NCBI GenBank assembly: GCA_038065035.1
Contig: JBBTRV010000002.1
Location: 1 to 51,075, forward strand
Length of the DNA stretch: 51,075 nucleotides
Direction of reading: 5' to 3'
Source: Patescibacteria group bacterium
GTDB taxonomy: Bacteria > Patescibacteriota > Minisyncoccia > UBA6257 > UBA9933
Of the stretch, positions 17,798-27,296 are shown in pieces; position 1 is the first letter of the stretch, and every line of letters begins with the position of its first letter. Position numbers and translations under genes: made by a program. A model generated the notes under the pieces. The model made no database searches and was not told the origin of the DNA. It worked only from the letters and a program-made list of their open reading frames with translations.

Positions 17798-18826
17798 TTA
17801 CGCCAAGTGATATCTTCCGTCCGCCAATTTTTTAAAATTCTTCCTATTTTGCAAATTTAATAATATGGTGTTATCCTTCAAAAATCTTTCCTGCTTCACC
17901 AGATTAATGACTTCTTCCGCTCGCATCGGTCCATTTTCTTTAAGAACTCTCCCGATTACCTCCTTTGCCGTGCCAGGCCTATGCCCCAATTCAGACAAGC
18001 CGTAAATTCCGCGGCCAACCAAAACAAAACGCGGGTCTTTTATCAATTCGTTATGCACAGTCGCCTCAAGAGCTTTGCGATTGTCAAAATTGGCTTCATT
18101 TATTTTTTTGGCAATATCCCTGAAATGCAATGAATTACTATGTTTTTTTAAAACTAAATAAGCTTTGGCTCTCATTGTTTTTGGATTAATTTCTCCCCAG
18201 CTAGACAACCCGAAATCTCCGAAAGAATTTTTGGTGAATTTTTTAGAAACGGAAATATAATTTAAAATCGTTTCTTTCCCGACTCCAGTTTCTTTTTCCA
18301 CAGAAGACAAAGAATCATTTATTTTCATGTCTTTCGACAAAAATTCGCTTTTCCTTGCCTTAAGAAATTTTTCCGCCTTAGCGATAATATCTGAAAGTTT
18401 TTTAAAAGAAGCGGCGTCCAAATACCAAAAATCATAAAAATTTTTATTGTTTTTAATGATATTCAATTTTCCGGCAATTTCAAAAATAAATTTTAATGTT
18501 TTTTTATCAAAATCATCGTCTTTAAATATAACTTTTAATCCTCGGACGAAATCGTCGTCTTTTTTTATTCCACCGCCTTTTCGAAGATAATCAACGGCTG
18601 ATTTTAATAATTTATTGGCCGGACTATTATTAAATTTTTTCTTAATTAAAGCCAGGGAACCATTTTCAATCTGCCTTACTCGCTCGCGCGTAAGATTGTA
18701 TTTTTCGCCTATTGCCGCTAATGTCAATTCTTCTCCATTTAAACCAAAGCGAGATTCAATAATATCCTTTTGCCTAGAAGATAAATCAGCGATTAAATCT
18801 TTAATTATGTTATTAATTTTTTCCAT
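17798..18826 (-). CDS. Sigma70 region-4 HTH plus HARE-type winged HTH protein
   Basis: RFGL...LTLAAIGEKYNLTRERVRQIE; LHFRDIA...TVHNELIKDPRFVLVGRGIYGL. Confidence 0.8.
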   Translation of the reverse strand: MEKINNIIKDLIADLSSRQKDIIESRFGLNGEELTLAAIGEKYNLTRERVRQIENGSLALIKKKFNNSPANKLLKSAVDYLRKGGGIKKDDDFVRGLKVIFKDDDFDKKTLKFIFEIAGKLNIIKNNKNFYDFWYLDAASFKKLSDIIAKAEKFLKARKSEFLSKDMKINDSLSSVEKETGVGKETILNYISVSKKFTKNSFGDFGLSSWGEINPKTMRAKAYLVLKKHSNSLHFRDIAKKINEANFDNRKALEATVHNELIKDPRFVLVGRGIYGLSELGHRPGTAKEVIGRVLKENGPMRAEEVINLVKQERFLKDNTILLNLQNRKNFKKLADGRYHLA

Positions 18827-18887
18827 TATAATATGAATAATTCATTTTAAATGATGAAATATTTTTTGATAATTGTCAACAAAAATC

Positions 18888-19772
18888 TTATTTCCCTTTT
18901 GCTGTCAATAAAAGCGGACTAGCAATAAAAATCGAAGAATACGTTCCGATTATCGTTCCTGCCATTATAACTAAGACGAAATATTTTAAAGATTCTGGGC
19001 CGAAAAGAAAAAGAGCCAATAAAACCAATACTAAAGTAAGGGAGGTGTTAATTGAACGCGCTATTGTCTGATTAACGCTGCTGTTTATCACTATTAATAA
19101 ATCCTTTCCGCGGCCAACAAGCAAATTTTCCCTAATTCTGTCAAAAACAACTATTGTATCATGGACTGAAAACCCTAAAATCACTAAAAGCGCCACAACA
19201 TATTTAGTGTCAAAATCAATTCCGTAACGCCAGCTTAAAAAAGATAAAATGCCTGCTGAAATCACAACATCATGAAACAATGTTACTAAGGTAATAATTC
19301 CATACTTGTAAGATTTCACCGGATAGGAAACTTTTCTAAAGGCGTAAGCGACATATAAAGAAATTCCAAGTAAAACAAGAATAACGGCTAAAACGGCTTT
19401 TGTTTTTAATTCGCCTCCGATTGCCGGACCGATTGTTTCATAGCTAATTTCTTCTGTTTCGCCGAATTTTTCTTTTAATTTGCCCAAATATTCTTGGTGT
19501 TGTTCTTCGGAAATATTGTTAAAACGGAATAAAAAATTGCCGTTTTCTGCTGGATAAATGGTTATATTTTCTATTTTTAATTCATTTTCAAAAAAACTTT
19601 TAATGCTGTCTGCTGTTAATTGTTGATCGTTGGTTAATCGAAGCTGCCAAAGCGTGCCGCCCGTAAAATCAATTCCCAGCCGAATTCCAAAAACAACCAA
19701 AGCAACAATACTGACAAAAATCAAAATTCCTGAAACTGAAAAATATATATTGCGATATTTAATGATATCCAT
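18888..19772 (-). CDS. secF: Protein translocase subunit SecF
   Basis: GIDFTGG, HDV, GFSVHDTIVVFDRIRE, GTYSSIFIA. Confidence 0.96.
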   Translation of the reverse strand: MDIIKYRNIYFSVSGILIFVSIVALVVFGIRLGIDFTGGTLWQLRLTNDQQLTADSIKSFFENELKIENITIYPAENGNFLFRFNNISEEQHQEYLGKLKEKFGETEEISYETIGPAIGGELKTKAVLAVILVLLGISLYVAYAFRKVSYPVKSYKYGIITLVTLFHDVVISAGILSFLSWRYGIDFDTKYVVALLVILGFSVHDTIVVFDRIRENLLVGRGKDLLIVINSSVNQTIARSINTSLTLVLVLLALFLFGPESLKYFVLVIMAGTIIGTYSSIFIASPLLLTAKGK

Positions 19773-19786
19773 TTAAATTATATTTT

Positions 19787-21040
19787 TTATTTTCTGACAA
19801 ATATCCTTAATAACGTCCTCGTGGTGATAATTGCTGAAAACATTGAAATCACAACTCCTATTCCCAAAGTCAAGGCAAAACCCTTGACAAAGCTTGATGT
19901 GAAATAATATAAAATGAATGCCGTAATAATCGTGCTGATATTGGAATCTCTAATAGACGGCCACGCTCTCTTGAAACCCTCTTCAATAGCTACAAGTTTA
20001 GAAGCTCCGTTTTTTATTTCTTCCTTAACTCTTTCAAAAATCAAAATATTAGCGTCAACCGCCATACCTATGGAAAGAATAAATCCCGCTATTCCCGACA
20101 AGGTTATTGTCATAGATGATGCCTTAAAAAACGATAAAGTTAAAATAGTATACAATAAAAGCGCGATAGCGGCGAAAAATCCGAAAAACCGATAATAAAT
20201 AATCATAAAAATCATTACGATAATAGTGCCGATAATGCCGGCATATATTGCTTTTTGCAAAGATTCACTGCCTAAACTCGCTCCAATTAATTGTTGGCTT
20301 TCAAGATTTATGGGCGCGGGCAAGGCTCCAGCGTTAAACCGGGAAACTAATTGTATTGCTTCATTTTTAGTAAATTGTCCGGAAATCTGCGCTTTGCCAC
20401 CGCTGATTTTTTCTCTTACCACCGGCGCGGAAATTTCATTATTGTCCAGAAAAATTCCCAACGGCTTACCGACATTTCTCTCTGTCAATTCTTCAAAAAT
20501 CTTCGCTCCCTCATCGTTAAATTCAACGCTTATGCTTGGTTGATTGGTAATGTTATCGGAAGCCACACTCGCGCTCTTGATATAACGTCCTGTTAAATTT
20601 GTCGGCATAAAAACCTGTTGTTCTTCTCCGGAAGAAGAATTAATTTCCAAAATTTCCCTAAAATCAAGAAGCGGAGTAGAGCCAATCTCCTTAACCGCCT
20701 CGGAAACATCTTTGATTCCGGCCAGTTCCACTATTAATCGGTAAGAATCTCCTTCTTTGGCGGAATTAATCAATGGCTCGGAAACGCCGAATAAATTAAC
20801 CCTCTTCTCAATCACGTCACGAAGTCCAGCCACCGCCGAATTACGCTCGCCAGAAGAGACTTTTGACATATCTACTTCGTAAATCAAATGCGCCCCGCCG
20901 ATTAAATCAAGGCCAAGCCGCCACGGTAAAGTGTGGCTTATAGAACCCATTGGACCAATAAGCCCAATGGGAGTAATAAAAACAACGGCCACAGCCGAAA
21001 CAATGATTATCGCTATTAATATAATTATTGGTTTTCGCAT
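19787..21040 (-). CDS. secD: Protein translocase subunit SecD
   Basis: LGLDLIGG, GVSEP, AGALP, GMAVDANILIFERVKEE. Confidence 0.96.
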   Translation of the reverse strand: MRKPIIILIAIIIVSAVAVVFITPIGLIGPMGSISHTLPWRLGLDLIGGAHLIYEVDMSKVSSGERNSAVAGLRDVIEKRVNLFGVSEPLINSAKEGDSYRLIVELAGIKDVSEAVKEIGSTPLLDFREILEINSSSGEEQQVFMPTNLTGRYIKSASVASDNITNQPSISVEFNDEGAKIFEELTERNVGKPLGIFLDNNEISAPVVREKISGGKAQISGQFTKNEAIQLVSRFNAGALPAPINLESQQLIGASLGSESLQKAIYAGIIGTIIVMIFMIIYYRFFGFFAAIALLLYTILTLSFFKASSMTITLSGIAGFILSIGMAVDANILIFERVKEEIKNGASKLVAIEEGFKRAWPSIRDSNISTIITAFILYYFTSSFVKGFALTLGIGVVISMFSAIITTRTLLRIFVRK

Positions 21041-21080
21041 AAGCCTTATAAAACCTATTATTCTTAATTAGTCCCATACT

Positions 21081-21148
21081 AAAATAAAACAGCCATGGAA
21101 TCAACCCCCCACATAATTTATGTGAGGGAGTCAAGGCTGTTTTATTTT
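21081..21148 (-). terminator. Terminator-like hairpin after the pilin gene with nested inner hairpin
   Basis: AAAATAAAACAGCC/GGCTGTTTTATTTT 14-bp stem enclosing CCCCACATAA-T-TTATGTGAGG. Confidence 0.7.
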
Positions 21149-21161
21149 AAAAACTTAAATT

Positions 21162-21836
21162 TTAAAAATCTCCGGTTATTCCTCCTGGCAAAATAGTCAA
21201 ATCCGTGCCGACTTCATAATAAGAAGAATTATTTCCGCCGTCTTTAGCCGCTCTGTCATCTTCCGCGCTTCCTGGACCATAAGTTCCGCTCTCCAGTATT
21301 GCGTCAACTTCAAATCCTAATGGCGATTTTCTGCAAGCAAAACGATATGCCAAAGTAGAACTGGAAATCTGTGTAACATCACTAGCTGATGGATTTGACG
21401 GATCAACTGGCATATTGGAAATCGGAGAACCGCCGGTAAGCGAATCTAAATTAACTTGAAGCCAGCCATTGCCATTTGTCAAACCATTATTATTAGCGAC
21501 CGTTGAAGTTGTAACCCTTAAAACCGAACTAGAAGCATTAATGCCCGTAACTCTCGTATCGCTTACCCACATTTTTGTTGTTGCGCCACCTCCGCCAATA
21601 CAAAAAGTATTTGTTCCGTTATCAAGCGACGGCGCATTTTTGCTGGCAATATAAATTCCTAAAGCTGTTTTAATTGTTGATAAATCGCTGATTCTTTGAG
21701 AATCCCTTGCCTTTCTTAAAGTTTCAGCCGGATTAAGCAAAAAAATCACAATCGCTCCTAAAACAGCGAGAATGGCGATAACAATTAGAAGTTCTAATAA
21801 TGTAAATCCTTTTTTATTTTTATTTAATTGCATCAT
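21162..21836 (-). CDS. Type IV pilin (probable major pilin)
   Basis: KKG-FTLLELLIVIAILAVL class III signal, ARDSQRISDL, two Cys. Confidence 0.9.
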   Translation of the reverse strand: MMQLNKNKKGFTLLELLIVIAILAVLGAIVIFLLNPAETLRKARDSQRISDLSTIKTALGIYIASKNAPSLDNGTNTFCIGGGGATTKMWVSDTRVTGINASSSVLRVTTSTVANNNGLTNGNGWLQVNLDSLTGGSPISNMPVDPSNPSASDVTQISSSTLAYRFACRKSPLGFEVDAILESGTYGPGSAEDDRAAKDGGNNSSYYEVGTDLTILPGGITGDF

Positions 21837-21888
21837 CTTAAAAAATATTTAAATCCGACCTTTCATTTTTTTAAAAAACAAATCTTGC

Positions 21889-22263
21889 TTATTGCAAATA
21901 TTTCTTGATTTTTTCAATAACTTCATCAATTCCAATATCAGCTTTAACTAAATACTCTATAACTCCAAGTTCTTTTATTTTTTGTACATCTTCCTGGGCG
22001 CCGATATTGGAAAGTACGATTACCGGAACATTTTTCCATTTATTATTGGCTCTTATTTCGCTTAAAACTTCAAAGCCACTTTTTTTCGGTAGCATTAAAT
22101 CAAGAACAACTAAATCAGGGGAATTATTTTTCTTTAAAAAATCTATCGCCGCTTCTCCATCGCTCACCGATAAAACATTAATTCCCTCTTTTTCCAGCTT
22201 AATAGAATAAGCTCTTGTTATGTAAAAATCGTCTTCAATTATTAAAACTGATTTTTTATCCAT
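21889..22263 (-). CDS. Single-domain response regulator
   Basis: IIEDD, LDLMLP, VLSN, YLVK. Confidence 0.93.
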   Translation of the reverse strand: MDKKSVLIIEDDFYITRAYSIKLEKEGINVLSVSDGEAAIDFLKKNNSPDLVVLDLMLPKKSGFEVLSEIRANNKWKNVPVIVLSNIGAQEDVQKIKELGVIEYLVKADIGIDEVIEKIKKYLQ

Positions 22264-22326
22264 ATTAATATTCTATACCTTTTCTATAATTCTATCAATA
22301 ATCTCCTCAAGCTGCAATCGCTAAAT

Positions 22327-23550
22327 CTAAATAGGTATCGTTAAATAAAATATCGTCCCCTTCCTTTCTTCTCCGCCTTTTTTTCCAATCCAGACAGTCG
22401 GAGATTCAAACCAAATTTTCCCTTTCCAAAATTCAACGAAATTTTTGACTAAAGTCAAACCAATGCCGTTGCCATCAGGGATTTTACTGATGGCATTTTC
22501 AGCCCTGAAAAATTTGTTAAAGATATTTTTCTGCTGGCCTTGAGGAATGCCAATACCATCATCTTTAATGGAATAAATAACGCTATTCCCAAAAACAGCA
22601 ATACTAATTTCAATTTTACCCTTATTATCAGTATAACGAATAGCGTTAGAAAGTAAATTAACTATTACTTGACTAAGCATTGCTTGGTCAATCAATACCT
22701 CTGGCAAATCTTTCTCAACTGCGTTAATTTTAATATTGATTTTTTTCTCCTTTGCTAAAAGCGCTAACGATTTAATGATTTCATCCGTAAATTTAACAAG
22801 ATTTGTTTTTACTGGATTAATTTTTACATTGCCTCCTCCTTCAATCCGCGCCAAAGAAAGAAGTATACCCAAAGCTTCATTAAGCTTTAAAATGCCGTTA
22901 TATATTTTTTCCATAAAAACTTTCTGGTCTTTATTAAGCGGGCCGGCATCGCCATTACTCAACATTTCCGAATACCATCTGATTGTCGTGAGTGGCGTCC
23001 TTAATTGATGCGAAGCGGTAGCGATGAAGCTTGATTTTGCTTCGTCTAATTTTTTTTCTTCTGTTATGTCGCTAAAAACAACAACTGCTCCAACAATATT
23101 CCCCTTGCTAACCAAAGGCGTTGAAATCAAAGTTATTGGAAATCTTCTGCCAGAAGAAACAATATAGTAAATATCATCATCTAGTCTGATTGTAACTATT
23201 TTGCCGGTTTTTAAAGTTTTAGCAACCGGCCTTTTTTCATCTGGCAATTTTTCACTGCCTTTATACATATTAATTATCTCTTTGGCATCTTTTCCAATGA
23301 CTCCGGCTACTGAAACTTCAAGAAATCTTGCCGCGATTTCATTTATTAAAACTATTTTATAATCATTATCAATAACCAATAATCCTTCTCCAACAGACGA
23401 AACTATCGTCATTGTTTTATCACGCTCGTTTTTCAGGTTAATTTCCAATTCCCGCTCATCTTCCAAAATATTCATCATTGCCAACTCAACTTGCTTAAAA
23501 TATTCTATCTGCTGTTTTAAATTATTTTTCGTTAATTGCTCGCTGGGCAT
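22327..23550 (-). CDS. Cytoplasmic PAS histidine kinase
   Basis: PAS, SHQLRTPL H-box, NLLSNAIRY, DDGIG, GNGIGL; no TM. Confidence 0.93.
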   Translation of the reverse strand: MPSEQLTKNNLKQQIEYFKQVELAMMNILEDERELEINLKNERDKTMTIVSSVGEGLLVIDNDYKIVLINEIAARFLEVSVAGVIGKDAKEIINMYKGSEKLPDEKRPVAKTLKTGKIVTIRLDDDIYYIVSSGRRFPITLISTPLVSKGNIVGAVVVFSDITEEKKLDEAKSSFIATASHQLRTPLTTIRWYSEMLSNGDAGPLNKDQKVFMEKIYNGILKLNEALGILLSLARIEGGGNVKINPVKTNLVKFTDEIIKSLALLAKEKKINIKINAVEKDLPEVLIDQAMLSQVIVNLLSNAIRYTDNKGKIEISIAVFGNSVIYSIKDDGIGIPQGQQKNIFNKFFRAENAISKIPDGNGIGLTLVKNFVEFWKGKIWFESPTVWIGKKGGEERKGTIFYLTIPI

Positions 23551-23554
23551 ATAA

Positions 23555-24991
23555 TTATTCCCTCTGCAACTCTTTGAGTTTTTTCTTTAATTCTATCATT
23601 TTTAATTCTCTACCAACTGTAAGCTCTTTAAATTTTTCCAGTTCCGTCAATTTTTCCTGAAGTTCTCTGGTCCGTTCAAAAACAATAATTTCAAGATTAT
23701 TTTTTAATTTTATCAAATCTTCGGTCCTTTCATGGATTCTTCTTTCCAAACTTAAATTAGTTTCTTTTAATTTAATTTCCGCTTCTCTGATTTTTTCCTG
23801 AATATCCTGGATATTATCAAGCATATTATTGAAAATCTCCGCCAAATAACCAATTTCATCTTTTGAATTTATATTAATCCGCGCGTTTAAATCGCTTTCT
23901 TTGGAAATTTTTTTAATAGCATTTATCACGCTTATTAAATTCTTTAAAAACCAACTGCTTAGGAAAATAATTCCCATAAACCCTATAATCAGCGCCAAAA
24001 ACGCGCCCGCCAAAAAATGATTAGTTATTATTTTTATCGGCGCCAGTACTTCTTTTAAACTTGCTTCTACTAATAAAACTACTCCCTCCAATTTTAAACA
24101 TTGAGAAATTCCTAAAGTTTCATTTCCTAAATAATTAATATATGTTTCGTTTATTTTTTTATCTTCTTCAAAACAAGCTTTAACTGGAAAAGTATTAATC
24201 TTTTGCTTTAAAACTGAATCTTTAATAAAACGCGAAGGCGTGATCATCAAACCATCGCCGTTAACAAGATAAATTTCTCCCGTTAAGTATTGATCTAAAA
24301 ACGTTTTTCCCGCGAATATCTCTTCTGACCATTTGCCAAGCAAAACATCGTTTAATTGTTTAGTATTGCTAAAATGAACTAATATAACAGCGTCTAAAGG
24401 AATCAGTTTGCCATTATCATCTGTTTTAGTTGAAAAAATTCTGGCTGTGCCATGAATCATCGGCTCCATACTCTCGTCTGTCTCAAAAACAATATTTTTG
24501 ACGAAAACTTCGCCGAAATTTGATTGAATTGCTTCGTAAAAACGAACGGCTCCATATTCCTTTTCTTCCTTGCTTTCGTCAACTCCGATTCTATCGGCTC
24601 TTGAAGAAACAATAACAATTCCGTTTTTATCTAAAATATCAACAATAATAACATCTTTTGCGTAAGGCAATTTCTTATTTTCCAAATAATCCCCAAATTC
24701 TTTAATCAATCCGGTCATCTGTTTATTGTCGCCGCTTGCTTTGCCAATTAAAATTTTTTCCGTCGTATTCCTTATATAACCGTCCGAACTCCAATCGGTA
24801 GTTCTAATTTTTATATTATTGTTAAAAGTAAAAAATGCGCCTTCGCTTATTTCAGCGATAATGCGAAAATCATTGATGATTTTATTTCTCAAATAATTTT
24901 TGAGATAATTATTGGTATAGTAAATTAAACCGCCAACCAAAAAAACTATCAATACCGTGAAAAATAAAATAAGTTTTGTCCTTAATTTCAT
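23555..24991 (-). CDS. Membrane sensor (Cache-like + HAMP + coiled coil) with no kinase domain
   Basis: Two TM helices, GEIYLVNGDGLMITPSRF, DEIGYLAEIFNNM, C-terminal VGRELKMIELKKK. Confidence 0.85.
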   Translation of the reverse strand: MKLRTKLILFFTVLIVFLVGGLIYYTNNYLKNYLRNKIINDFRIIAEISEGAFFTFNNNIKIRTTDWSSDGYIRNTTEKILIGKASGDNKQMTGLIKEFGDYLENKKLPYAKDVIIVDILDKNGIVIVSSRADRIGVDESKEEKEYGAVRFYEAIQSNFGEVFVKNIVFETDESMEPMIHGTARIFSTKTDDNGKLIPLDAVILVHFSNTKQLNDVLLGKWSEEIFAGKTFLDQYLTGEIYLVNGDGLMITPSRFIKDSVLKQKINTFPVKACFEEDKKINETYINYLGNETLGISQCLKLEGVVLLVEASLKEVLAPIKIITNHFLAGAFLALIIGFMGIIFLSSWFLKNLISVINAIKKISKESDLNARININSKDEIGYLAEIFNNMLDNIQDIQEKIREAEIKLKETNLSLERRIHERTEDLIKLKNNLEIIVFERTRELQEKLTELEKFKELTVGRELKMIELKKKLKELQRE

Positions 24992-25078
24992 ATACTAGGA
25001 TTTTATAAACATCACTAGTATTAATTTTACAACTTTTTTGTTTTTTTTAAAAGGGCTTTTTAAAGACTTTAAGGAACT

Positions 25079-25699
25079 TTATCGGAATTTGTCAAATTCA
25101 GCCATTAGCTGATTGAAATTTTTATCAAGATTATTGATAGTTTTTGATTCTTCGTTGATTTTGCCGACTAATTCCGCGATTCTGCCGTTTGTATTTTTAT
25201 CTTTTGAAAATTTCTGCCTTAAAATTTCTAAAAATTGGACTAAATAATCGTTATACGATATTAACCGGCTGATTAAAGTTGTTTCCGAACCGACTGCCTG
25301 AAGCGCTATTTGCGCCGCTTCCGGCGGTTCAATGCCAGAGATATTCTTCGTCATTTTTTCGAGCTGAGCCGACAAACTAATGGCTCTTTCGCGCGCCTGC
25401 CTATTATATTCTATTTCTTTAGTTATTAAATTAAGTGCGTCTTCATATTTCGCTTCTTTGTCTAATTCTGATATTTTGCTGATGTTGTTTGCCGTTTGAT
25501 TGGAGAAGCTGATAATATCTTGAGCAATAAGCGACGCTTCCTGGCGGGCTTTCAAAAATTCATTGGGCACTTCTTTTGTTTTTGAATTTGCCGCCAATAA
25601 ATAAAAAATCAAATAAGCCGCCACAATAAGAAAGGCAAAAATAATGGAAAACCTTAATCGCCTTGGAATTTTAAAATATAAATTGGCAAATGTGTTCAT
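25079..25699 (-). CDS. Hypothetical membrane-anchored helical protein
   Basis: 206-aa ORF, N-terminal TM. Confidence 0.7.
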   Translation of the reverse strand: MNTFANLYFKIPRRLRFSIIFAFLIVAAYLIFYLLAANSKTKEVPNEFLKARQEASLIAQDIISFSNQTANNISKISELDKEAKYEDALNLITKEIEYNRQARERAISLSAQLEKMTKNISGIEPPEAAQIALQAVGSETTLISRLISYNDYLVQFLEILRQKFSKDKNTNGRIAELVGKINEESKTINNLDKNFNQLMAEFDKFR

Positions 25700-25749
25700 T
25701 TTAAATACCCGACGCGAATAAACGCTTTTTATTACTTTATTAAATTAAA

Positions 25750-25777
25750 TTGCAAAAATCAAGGGAAAAGGTATAAT
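25750..25777 (+). promoter_or_regulatory. Sigma70-like promoter of tRNA-Gly
   Basis: TTGCAA-N16-TATAAT 11 nt before the tRNA. Confidence 0.7.
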
Positions 25778-25788
25778 AAAGCCAAAAT

Positions 25789-25859
25789 GCGGGTATCGTA
25801 TAGTGGCAATACACCAGTTTTCCAAACTGGCGCCAGGGGTTCGATTCCCCTTACCCGCT
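25789..25859 (+). tRNA. tRNA-Gly(TCC)
   Basis: GCGGGTA/TACCCGC acceptor, CCAGT-TTTCCAA-ACTGG, GGTTCGATTCC. Confidence 0.95.
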
Positions 25860-25964
25860 CAAAATTTATAATAAATTTTGAGCGAGGCTCGCCCGATTTA
25901 CTGGGTAGCCCGCTTATTGCATTCATCAAAAACATCCGCCCATAGACGGATATTTTTGAGTTTT

Positions 25965-26035
25965 TGGACCTATGGAGAATTGAACTCCACCCTCATCCAT
26001 GCCATGGATACGTTCTACCGATAAACTATAGGCCC
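25965..26035 (-). tRNA. tRNA-Ala(GGC)
   Basis: GGGCCTA/TAGGTCC acceptor with G3:U70, TATCC-ATGGCAT-GGATG. Confidence 0.93.
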
Positions 26036-26108
26036 AATTCAAATATATTACTTAAAATTTTATTTTCTTGCAACTTTTAAACAAAAAAGATAAACTAATA
26101 ACTAAATC

Positions 26109-26180
26109 GCCCTCGTCGTTCAATGGATAGGACATGGGTTTCCTAAACCTAAAATCGAGGTTCGATTCCTCGCGAGGGCA
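26109..26180 (+). tRNA. tRNA-Arg(CCT)
   Basis: GCCCTCG/CGAGGGC, TGGGT-TTCCTAA-ACCTA. Confidence 0.95.
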
Positions 26181-26181
26181 T

Positions 26182-26271
26182 GGAAGCGTGCCAGAGCGGT
26201 TGAATGGGCCGCACTCGAAATGCGGTATGCCGAAAACGGCATCGGAGGTTCGAATCCTCCCGCTTCCGCCA
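26182..26271 (+). tRNA. tRNA-Ser(CGA)
   Basis: CCGCA-CTCGAAA-TGCGG, long variable arm, encoded CCA. Confidence 0.95.
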
Positions 26272-26277
26272 ATTTTC

Positions 26278-27285
26278 ATGTTTTTCAATTTCGCCAAAAA
26301 ATCGCCGATTATAAAAATCGCCAAAGACATAATGCCAGCAATGGTTTCAATTTTAATTTCCGAAAAAAATAAAAAAACGCTTAAAAAATCAGGAAATTTT
26401 GATGAAGTTGAAATCAGCAACGGCTCCGGCTTTATCGTTGACAAAAGCGGCGTTGTATTAACCAACAGACATATTCTCAGCGACCAAACAGCCGATTATT
26501 CAGTTATCGCCAACGACGGCGAAAAATTCAAGGCGGAAATTATCGCCCGAGATCCAATAAATGACATCGCCATTCTAAAAATCGCGAATTCACACGAAAA
26601 AGAATCAAGATTCCCAATAGTTAAATTAGGTGATTCCAATAAAATTGAATTAGGAGAAAATGTAATCGCTTTCGGCAACGCTTTGGGAATTTTTAAAAAC
26701 ACTGTGTCTGCCGGAATTGTCTCCGGATTAGACAGGCATATTTCCGCAAAAATAAACTTACGAGCAGAAGCTCAAAAAATGAGAGGATTAATTCAAACCG
26801 ACGCGGCCATTAACCCGGGAAATTCCGGCGGGCCATTAGTTAATATAAAAGGAGAGGTAATCGGCATCAATTCGGTGATGCTTTACGGCGCTGAAAATAT
26901 CGGTTTGGCTATTCCAATTAATATTGTTAAAAAAGATTTAGAAGATTTAAAAAAACACGGCCATATTCGCCGGCCGCTTTTGGGCGTAAGATATTTAATA
27001 TTAAACGAGGATTTAAAAGAAAATTTCAATTTGTCTTCAAACCATGGCGCTTTGATAATTAATGAAAACGGCAATCGTCCCGGCATTGTCCCGAAAAGTC
27101 CGGCAGAATCAGCCGGACTCAAAGAAAAAGATATTATTTTGGAAATTAATAACGAAAAAATAACTTCGGAAAAAACAATAGAAGATTTTCTGGAAGATTT
27201 TTCAGCCGGCGATATATTGCGCCTTAAAATTCTCCGCGCTAAAAAAGAATTTGAAATAAATGTTGCTCTTGCGGAAAGAAAATAA
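26278..27285 (+). CDS. HtrA/DegP-family serine protease with PDZ
   Basis: GSGF, TNRH, NDIAIL, QTDAAINPGNSGGPL; start trimmed to ATG 26278 (longer ORF runs through two tRNAs). Confidence 0.93.
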   Translation: MFFNFAKKSPIIKIAKDIMPAMVSILISEKNKKTLKKSGNFDEVEISNGSGFIVDKSGVVLTNRHILSDQTADYSVIANDGEKFKAEIIARDPINDIAILKIANSHEKESRFPIVKLGDSNKIELGENVIAFGNALGIFKNTVSAGIVSGLDRHISAKINLRAEAQKMRGLIQTDAAINPGNSGGPLVNIKGEVIGINSVMLYGAENIGLAIPINIVKKDLEDLKKHGHIRRPLLGVRYLILNEDLKENFNLSSNHGALIINENGNRPGIVPKSPAESAGLKEKDIILEINNEKITSEKTIEDFLEDFSAGDILRLKILRAKKEFEINVALAERK

Positions 27286-27296
27286 TTACCATTCAA

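Noticed and set aside
26052-26277. Extended DegP N-terminus and antisense ORF 26052..26465
   Set aside because: They overlap tRNA-Arg and tRNA-Ser; artefacts
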